Assembly: GCA_001778905.1 (NCBI GenBank)
Contig: MFIQ01000001.1
Coordinates: 9,539 to 60,577, forward strand
Source: Candidatus Giovannonibacteria bacterium RIFCSPLOWO2_12_FULL_44_15
Lineage (GTDB): Bacteria; Patescibacteriota; Minisyncoccia; JACPKW01; UBA11713
DNA: 51,039 bases
Reading direction: 5' to 3'
The translations under genes and the position numbers were made by a program. Positions 44,823-51,039 of this stretch are shown here, in pieces. The notes beneath the pieces are model-generated. The model had not been told where the DNA came from. It worked only from the letters and a program-made list of their open reading frames with translations, and did not search any database. The stretch's first letter is position 1. Every line of letters starts with the position of its first letter.

Positions 44823-44968
44823 CAAAATTAAAATATGGTTCCCTCCAGAGGCGGGCAGGCGAGCCGACCCGCTTGCCAGTCGCTATCGCTCTAGGCGATT
44901 GCGGGCCGATGTTTTTCTCTAGGTTCTAGCGATGCGACTTGGAACCATTATAACACACTTTTCCAACG

Positions 44969-45055
44969 TGGTGCCGCGGGAGGGGGTCGAACCCTCATGA
45001 GCTTGCGCCCGCAGGATTTTGAGTCCTGTGCGTCTGCCAATTCCGCCACCGCGGC
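44969..45055 (-). tRNA. tRNA-Leu(CAA)
   Basis: GCCGCGG acceptor, anticodon arm CAGGA-CTCAAAA-TCCTG, long variable arm, GGTTCGA T-loop, encoded CCA. Confidence 0.96.
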
Positions 45056-45057
45056 AA

Positions 45058-45294
45058 TTACTTTAAATTATTTAAAAATTCTCTACCTTGCCCACTTTTT
45101 AAGAATTTTTCTCTTTTTCTTGCTTCTTTATAATCTGTATAATTTTCTACCAAGATTAATTCATAGGGAGTATTTGGCTTTGTAGACTTATTATACCCTA
45201 GATTATGACGTCTAATTCGCTCGTTGACGTTGTTTGTTATACCTACGTATCTGAAGGATTTATTTATACTTTCTATAACGTAAACATAGATCAT
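45058..45294 (-). CDS. Small GIY-YIG nuclease (UPF0213/SLX1-like)
   Basis: YVYVI...RYVGITNN...RIRRHN...ARKREKFLKSGQGR; visibly AT-rich. Confidence 0.9.
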   Translation of the reverse strand: MIYVYVIESINKSFRYVGITNNVNERIRRHNLGYNKSTKPNTPYELILVENYTDYKEARKREKFLKSGQGREFLNNLK

Positions 45295-45297
45295 ATA

Positions 45298-45363
45298 CTG
45301 CGCGGTCGCCGGAGGCGACTAAATCTGCCATCCGCTTTATCCGCCTGTGGCGGGCACCGCGGC
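45298..45363 (-). pseudogene. Degenerate duplicate of tRNA-Leu 5' end interrupted by two 19-bp hairpin insertions
   Basis: Blocks 45355-45363, 45324-45335 and 45298-45304 match tRNA blocks 45047-45055, 45033-45046 and 45026-45032. Confidence 0.7.
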
Positions 45364-45371
45364 ATGTATAG

Positions 45372-45400
45372 AATTTATTAAGTTTTTCGGTTATTGTCAA
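45372..45400 (-). promoter_or_regulatory. Sigma70 promoter for the pseudo-tRNA / GIY-YIG / tRNA-Leu unit
   Basis: Minus strand TTGACA-17 nt-TAAATT, 8 nt before GCCGCGG. Confidence 0.65.
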
Positions 45401-45428
45401 TTTAATAAATTTCATATATTCTCTAACT

Positions 45429-46376
45429 ATGACCGATTTCCCCGAACCAAAAAGAAGCTCAAGCGTTTTCTTTTTGGAAATAGATAAAGTAAAGGCAAAT
45501 CCGCTCCAGCCGAGAAAAGAATTCGATGAGGGTCGCCTTTCCGAATTGGCGGAATCCATCAGGCAGTATGGGATCTTGCAGCCCCTCGTCGTAGCACGAA
45601 AAGAAATTCCGACAGCGTCCGGAGGGGTTATTACCGAGTACGAACTTATCGCAGGAGAGAGGCGTCTTCGCGCTTCCCGTTTGGCGGGATTACGCGAAGT
45701 CCCGGCACTGATCCGCGAAGAACCGACGGAGAAAATTAAATTGGAGCTCGCCCTGGTTGAAAACGTCCAGAGAGAAGATTTGAATTCGGTTGACCGCGCC
45801 ATGGCATTTGATCGCTTAAATAGGGAATTCAATCTTTCCCACCGGGATATAGGCGCACGAATCGGCAAATCGAGGGAATATGTTGCAAATTCGGTTAGGC
45901 TATTGGGCTTGCCGGATGAAATCCAGGCGGCGCTTCGCGAAGGGAAGATTACAGAAAGCCATGCCCGCTATCTATTGGTGATTCAGGATAGGCCGGCGGA
46001 GCAAAAAGCCTTACTCGACGATATAGTTTTTAGAGGACTTAATGTCAGGGAAACAGACCGCATTTTGAAGGAAATAATTTCTCGGGATAAAAAGAATATT
46101 AGCACTCCCGATCCTGGGACAAAAAATATGGAGGAAAAACTTGCTCAAACATTTGGAGCCAGGGTTTATATATCGAAGAATCCGAATGGCGGGAGGGTTT
46201 CTCTGGAATTTTTTTCACCCGAAGAGCTTAATTCTTTCCTGGGACGCTTTGCCGAGCAGGAGAGAGAAGATTTTCAAAGTACCCCGGATAGTTTTGCGGG
46301 AGCGGACGAAGGGATAACTGCCCCTACGCTGGTTTCTGCACCGAGCCAGGACGAATTGGAAGAGTTCACTATTTAA
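45429..46376 (+). CDS. parB: ParB/Spo0J partition protein
   Basis: NPLQPRKEF, GILQPL, LIAGERRLRA, ENVQREDL, HTH. Confidence 0.93.
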   Translation: MTDFPEPKRSSSVFFLEIDKVKANPLQPRKEFDEGRLSELAESIRQYGILQPLVVARKEIPTASGGVITEYELIAGERRLRASRLAGLREVPALIREEPTEKIKLELALVENVQREDLNSVDRAMAFDRLNREFNLSHRDIGARIGKSREYVANSVRLLGLPDEIQAALREGKITESHARYLLVIQDRPAEQKALLDDIVFRGLNVRETDRILKEIISRDKKNISTPDPGTKNMEEKLAQTFGARVYISKNPNGGRVSLEFFSPEELNSFLGRFAEQEREDFQSTPDSFAGADEGITAPTLVSAPSQDELEEFTI

Positions 46377-48084
46377 GTATAAAGGCAACTTTTCGGACAC
46401 CTTCTATTTTTTTCAAGCGCAACACGATATTTTCAAGTTCGACTTTATCTTTGGGCACGCAAGTTACCCTTATTGGGACTTCTTCGCTTCCGGATCGGGC
46501 AGAGATTAGGTTTTGTATATTTATCTTGCGCTTGGCAAAAACGGACGTGATGTCTTTAATAAAACCTATCCTATTTTTTCCGTAAATTCTTATTTCAGCG
46601 AGCTTTTTGTCCGAAGACAGAAAAGATTTTTTGGGATATATTCGGAGCGCTTGGCGTATTTTACTTTTAGCCAGGGCTGTCCTGACCAAGGTTAACCATT
46701 CCACTGAAGGTTTCTTATTTTTCTGGGTTATTATTTCGACCACATTGCCGGATCTAAGTTCCCACGAAAATGACATCATCCTCCCATTTATTTTTGCTCC
46801 GGACGCATGATTTCCGATCTCGGAATGGATGTGATAAGCGAAATCAAGGGGGGTTGATCCCTTGGGCAGGTCGATAACATCTCCCTTGGGCGTTAAGACG
46901 AATATCCTGTCCTTAAAAAAATCAATCTTGAGTGCTTCGAGAAATTCTTCGGAGGAGGTATTTTCTTTTTTTAATTCCTTATTCCAATCCTGCAGTTGCG
47001 AGATCCAGTTAAATTTTTTACCCATCGACTTGAACCCTCTTTTTGGCTTTCCGGCTTCGGAATAGGCCCAGTGCGCCGCTATGCCAGACTCCGCTTCGCG
47101 ATGCATTTCGAGTGTCCTGATCTGGAATTCGACTATGACGCGAGGTTCTGTAAAAACACTGGTGTGCAAACTTTGGTACCCATTAGGCTTTGGAAGCGCT
47201 ATGTAATCCTTAAATTTCCCCGGGACAGGCTTCCATAATTTATGCACTACCCCCAGCGCCCCGTAGCAGCTTTTAATATCAGGAACTATTATCCTGAGTG
47301 CAATCAGGTCAGAAATTCTTGACCAATCTCCTTCATAACGCTCAAGTTTTTGCCATGCCGAATACAAATGCTTTTCCCTGTAATTTATTTCAACCGGCTT
47401 AATTTCCGCTTTTTTTAATTCAACTTCAAGTACCCGCAATATCTTCTTTAAATATTTTTCGCGTCCCGGGGCGAATTTTTTAATTTCGTTTGAGATATAT
47501 TCATATTCTTTAGGGTAGAGATATTTCATTGACAGGTCTTCCAGTTGCGCCTTTATGTTCCACATTCCCAGCCGATCGGCAATCGAGGCGTATAAAGTAA
47601 GCGTTTCTCTCGCGATCCTCTCCCTTTTTTCTTGCGGAAGTGAGCCAACCGTCTCCATATTATGGAGACGGTCCATCAATTTTATTATAACGACTCTTAT
47701 ATCTTCAGCGACGGCCAAAAACATTTTTTTGACCGACTCGAGCGCGCGGTCTGCGCCTGTCGCGTGGATCCTATCTACCTTGGTCACCCCATCAACAAGA
47801 AAAGATAATTCTTCCCCAAAATTTTTCTTTATGGTCTTGAGGGTTTCCGGGGAACATTCGACGGCGTCGTGCAGAAGGCCTGCGGCTATTGTGTTTGCAT
47901 CCATTTTTAATTTTGCCAGTTTGAGCGAAACCGCGATTGGATGGGTAATAAAATCTTCTCCCGAAAGGCGTTTTTCGTCCTTGTGAACCCTCAGGGCAAG
48001 TTCAAACGCTCTTTTTAAAAATTCCTTGTCTTTTTCGGCAACATTAAATTTGGATAATTTCTTTTCATATTCTTCCCAAGTCAT
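46369..48084 (-). CDS. rel: RelA/SpoT family (p)ppGpp synthetase/hydrolase
   Basis: LLHD, DRLHNM, DLIALRI, YQSLHT, EFQIRT, TGS (TPLDFAY), C-terminal ACT. Confidence 0.93.
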   Translation of the reverse strand: MTWEEYEKKLSKFNVAEKDKEFLKRAFELALRVHKDEKRLSGEDFITHPIAVSLKLAKLKMDANTIAAGLLHDAVECSPETLKTIKKNFGEELSFLVDGVTKVDRIHATGADRALESVKKMFLAVAEDIRVVIIKLMDRLHNMETVGSLPQEKRERIARETLTLYASIADRLGMWNIKAQLEDLSMKYLYPKEYEYISNEIKKFAPGREKYLKKILRVLEVELKKAEIKPVEINYREKHLYSAWQKLERYEGDWSRISDLIALRIIVPDIKSCYGALGVVHKLWKPVPGKFKDYIALPKPNGYQSLHTSVFTEPRVIVEFQIRTLEMHREAESGIAAHWAYSEAGKPKRGFKSMGKKFNWISQLQDWNKELKKENTSSEEFLEALKIDFFKDRIFVLTPKGDVIDLPKGSTPLDFAYHIHSEIGNHASGAKINGRMMSFSWELRSGNVVEIITQKNKKPSVEWLTLVRTALAKSKIRQALRIYPKKSFLSSDKKLAEIRIYGKNRIGFIKDITSVFAKRKINIQNLISARSGSEEVPIRVTCVPKDKVELENIVLRLKKIEGVRKVAFILK

Positions 48085-50153
48085 TCCTTTTTTTCTATCT
48101 CTTTTCCTTCAAAAGTGCAGGATTTCGATGAGCACTTTATGGAATTTTTGGCTTGCACCAGAGGGGAGGAACATTCCGGGCAGAGATCCCCGGTTGGTTT
48201 TAGCCAAGATGCAAAATCGCATTTAGGCCAGAGGGAGCATCCATAGAACATTTTTCCGCGCTTAGTCGATCTTTCGACTATTTCTCCTTCGTGGCACTTC
48301 AAGCATTTCATATTCAGGGAAACCGGCGGGAGAGGCTTCGCGTTTTTGCATTCTGGAAATCCCGAACATGCCATAAAGCGGCCGAATCTTCCACGTTTGA
48401 TTACCATTGGCTTCCCGCATTTGTCGCATTTTTCGTCGGTTTTTTCCTGAAAATCCCGCTTCTCTACGCTCTCATATTTTTCGGAAAGATGCTTGGAGAA
48501 AGGTTCGTAGAAATCTTTAATTACGTTTTTCCACTGGATCCCGCCCGAAGCGATCTCGTCGAGCTCCTCCTCCATTTTCGCCGTAAATTGTATATCGACG
48601 ACTTCTGGAAAATTTTCAACCAGCATATCGTTTACCAAAAACCCAACCTCTGTCGGCGCCAGTCTCTTTTTATCGTCCCTCTGCACGTAATTCCTGCTCT
48701 GGATCGTTGAGATAATCGGCGCGTAAGTAGAAGGCCTCCCTATTCCGTTTTTTTCCAGTATTTTTACTAGGCTCGCTTCTGTATATCGTGGGGGAGGTTC
48801 GGTAAAGTGTTGCAGGGGATCAAGTTTTTCGAGATTCAGCTTCTCTCCCGGGGAAAGTTCCGGAAGCAGGGCTTCCGAAAATTTAATCGGGTATATTTTG
48901 AGAAAACCGTCGAACTTCATAGTTTGCCCATTCGCTCTGAATGTGTATTCGCCCACATTTACGTCCGCGGAAGTTGAATCAAAAACGGCTTGAGGCATCT
49001 GCGAGGCCACAAACCTTCTCCAAATCAGTTCGTATAATTTCAATTGCCGTTTGTTTAGGAAATTTTTTATTGAATCCGGGGAACGCGAAGGGGAAGTTGG
49101 GCGTATTGCCTCGTGCGCCTCCTGGGCTCCTTTGGACTTTGTTTTGAATCTGCGGGGAGAGGAGAGCGCATAAGTTTTGCCTATCTCCGCTTCGAGATAA
49201 TCTTTGGCATCAGCCAAGGCGCTTTCGGCAACGTTAAGCGAATCAGTCCTCATATATGTTATAAGTCCGGAGGCGCCTTTTTCTCCCAAGTCGATCCCTT
49301 CGTAAAGTTGCTGGGCCAAAAGCATCGTTTGTTTTGCGCTAAAGCCCATCCTGCGGAAAGCTTCCTGCTGGAGGGTTGAGGTTGTAAAGGGCGCTGGCGG
49401 ATTTTTTATTGTTTCTTTTTTTTCGACTGCCGAAACAACCCATTCTTTATTTTCAAGCTCTTTTACGATTCTCGACGCATCATTTTTATTTTTAATAGCA
49501 AATTTATCTAAGGCCTCGCCGCTTTTTTTGGAAAGAAAAGCCTCGAATTTTCCCTTGCCCCCCTCTTTTTCGAGCAGGGCTCCTATACTCCAATATTCCT
49601 CGGGCTTGAAATTCTGTATTTCCCTCTCGCGCTCTACAATCAGCCGGACTGCCACGGATTGGACTCTTCCTGCCGAAAGGCCGCGATAGAGTTTTTTCCA
49701 TAAAAACGGAGAAAGCTTATACCCGACAAGCCTGTCTAAGATGCGGCGAGCCTGCTGGGCGTCCACAAGTTTTAGGTCAATGTCGCGCGGAGCTTTCAAG
49801 GCGGCGTCTATTGCGCTCTTGGTTATTTCATGAAAAACTATTCTATCTACTTTGAGATTTCTCAGTGATAAAGCCTCTGTGAGATGCCAAGCTATCGCTT
49901 CTCCTTCTCGGTCTTCATCGGTGGCCAGTATCACCCCGTCCATTTTTTCTACCTCCTTTTTCAATACGTTAACTTTTTTTCTGGCCATCGTCGGTATTAC
50001 ATATTTTGGCTCAAAACTTTCCTCATCAATTCCCAGCGCGGATTTAGGCAGGTCCCTGACGTGCCCATACGACGAGAGCACCTTAAAGCCCTTTGGCACG
50101 AAGCCGGAGATAGTTTTTGCTTTTGTCGGAGATTCAACGATAATTAATTTCAT
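48081..50153 (-). CDS. topA: DNA topoisomerase I
   Basis: IVESPTKAK, ATDEDREGE, SAGRVQS, ITYMRTD, GIGRPSTY, C-terminal zinc ribbons. Confidence 0.97.
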   Translation of the reverse strand: MKLIIVESPTKAKTISGFVPKGFKVLSSYGHVRDLPKSALGIDEESFEPKYVIPTMARKKVNVLKKEVEKMDGVILATDEDREGEAIAWHLTEALSLRNLKVDRIVFHEITKSAIDAALKAPRDIDLKLVDAQQARRILDRLVGYKLSPFLWKKLYRGLSAGRVQSVAVRLIVEREREIQNFKPEEYWSIGALLEKEGGKGKFEAFLSKKSGEALDKFAIKNKNDASRIVKELENKEWVVSAVEKKETIKNPPAPFTTSTLQQEAFRRMGFSAKQTMLLAQQLYEGIDLGEKGASGLITYMRTDSLNVAESALADAKDYLEAEIGKTYALSSPRRFKTKSKGAQEAHEAIRPTSPSRSPDSIKNFLNKRQLKLYELIWRRFVASQMPQAVFDSTSADVNVGEYTFRANGQTMKFDGFLKIYPIKFSEALLPELSPGEKLNLEKLDPLQHFTEPPPRYTEASLVKILEKNGIGRPSTYAPIISTIQSRNYVQRDDKKRLAPTEVGFLVNDMLVENFPEVVDIQFTAKMEEELDEIASGGIQWKNVIKDFYEPFSKHLSEKYESVEKRDFQEKTDEKCDKCGKPMVIKRGRFGRFMACSGFPECKNAKPLPPVSLNMKCLKCHEGEIVERSTKRGKMFYGCSLWPKCDFASWLKPTGDLCPECSSPLVQAKNSIKCSSKSCTFEGKEIEKKE

Positions 50154-50154
50154 T

Positions 50155-51039
50155 TTATATGACTTTAAAAATTTCTCCTCCCGAGTCTTTTATAGCGCCT
50201 TTTATTTCGAGCAAGGAAAGTACCGGGATTAATTCTGACGGGGTAAGGCCAAGTTTTCTCATCAAGTCATCTTTTAATATAGGTTCCGCCACGCCGTCTA
50301 AAATCTTTTTCTCCATGTCTGAGAACTCCACATAAGATTGCGGAAGTGAATCGCCCGATTCTACTCCGAATACGTTTAATATGTCAACTGAAGACGTTAT
50401 CGGCGTAGCGCCTTCCTTTATTAGTTTGTTGGTTCCCTTGGCATTCTCTAGGAATATTGAACCCGGCAAAGCCATGACTTCGCGGTTAAAATCTAAGGCG
50501 TACCTGGCTGTTATGAGCGCCCCGGATTTTTCTTTCGCCTCCACTATCCAGACTGCCCTGGAAAGCCCCGCAATTATACGGTTTCTTTGCGGGAAGGTAT
50601 TAATGTTTGCCTTCATTTCATAAGGGTATTCCGATATGACGGCGCCCCCGCCTGAAGCGATTTTATCCGCGAGCCTCAAGTTTTCTTTGGGGAAAAGGGC
50701 CTTAGGGGAAAGGCCTGAACCAAGAACCGCGATAGTCTTCATTTTATTTTTTAACGCTGTCTCGTGGGAGAAAGAGTCTATCCCTTTAGCGAGCCCGGAT
50801 ACTATTACGAAATTTCTCCCAGAAAGTTCGCTTAGTATACCTACGCAAGCTTCTTTGCCATATGTTGAATATCTTCTGGTGCCGACGACGCCGAGATGGT
50901 GCGAATCTTCTTCTGGCAATATCCCTTTTACATAAAGAACCTCCGGAGGAGCCGGGGTTTCTTTGAGCATTGCGGGCAATTCGCCTTGGAGCAGAAGGGC
51001 GACACCTTCTCTTTCAAGATTTCTAAATTCTTTCTCCGG
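50155..51039 (-). CDS. dprA: DNA-processing protein DprA (5'-partial; frame is open to the window edge)
   Basis: VVGTR, IVSGLAKGID, FPQRNRIIAGLS, VEAKEKSGALITA. Confidence 0.94.
   Translation of the reverse strand, partial: PEKEFRNLEREGVALLLQGELPAMLKETPAPPEVLYVKGILPEEDSHHLGVVGTRRYSTYGKEACVGILSELSGRNFVIVSGLAKGIDSFSHETALKNKMKTIAVLGSGLSPKALFPKENLRLADKIASGGGAVISEYPYEMKANINTFPQRNRIIAGLSRAVWIVEAKEKSGALITARYALDFNREVMALPGSIFLENAKGTNKLIKEGATPITSSVDILNVFGVESGDSLPQSYVEFSDMEKKILDGVAEPILKDDLMRKLGLTPSELIPVLSLLEIKGAIKDSGGEIFKVI

Noticed and set aside
45260..45868. 202-aa minus-strand ORF upstream of the GIY-YIG gene
   Set aside because: Antisense to parB and crosses a promoter and the pseudo-tRNA

Overview
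Gene-dense bacterial chromosome segment, mostly + strand, standard code (TGA used as stop). Gene content suggests Patescibacteria/Parcubacteria (CPR); this is inferred from the split comEC, alpha2-type GlyRS, short RecO, a Cys-rich CPR-type protein and class II RNR. It holds five aminoacyl-tRNA synthetases, infC-rpmI-rplT, smpB/tmRNA, tRNA-Leu(CAA), DNA repair and competence genes, glyA/folD, parB, rel, topA and dprA. Main observations: (1) a small GIY-YIG nuclease gene sits between a full tRNA-Leu and a degenerate copy of its 5' end that is interrupted by two 19-bp hairpin elements, and related GC-rich palindromes occur in frame inside ileS, metG and leuS and as inverted repeats around a cargo gene, suggesting a REP-like mobile-palindrome system; (2) the smpB stop codon lies inside the tmRNA 5' end; (3) a split B12-scavenging system (cobalamin riboswitch plus transcobalamin-like proteins; S-component-nrdJ-pduO); (4) a histidine-phosphatase domain inserted in IleRS; (5) about 12 genes with a -10 box 6-8 nt before the start codon (leaderless-type), including a probable CTG-start infC; (6) a 6S-like ncRNA candidate and a hairpin-rich peptide/nuclease module at the tmRNA 3' end. 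All calls come from motif recognition by eye; no searches were run.
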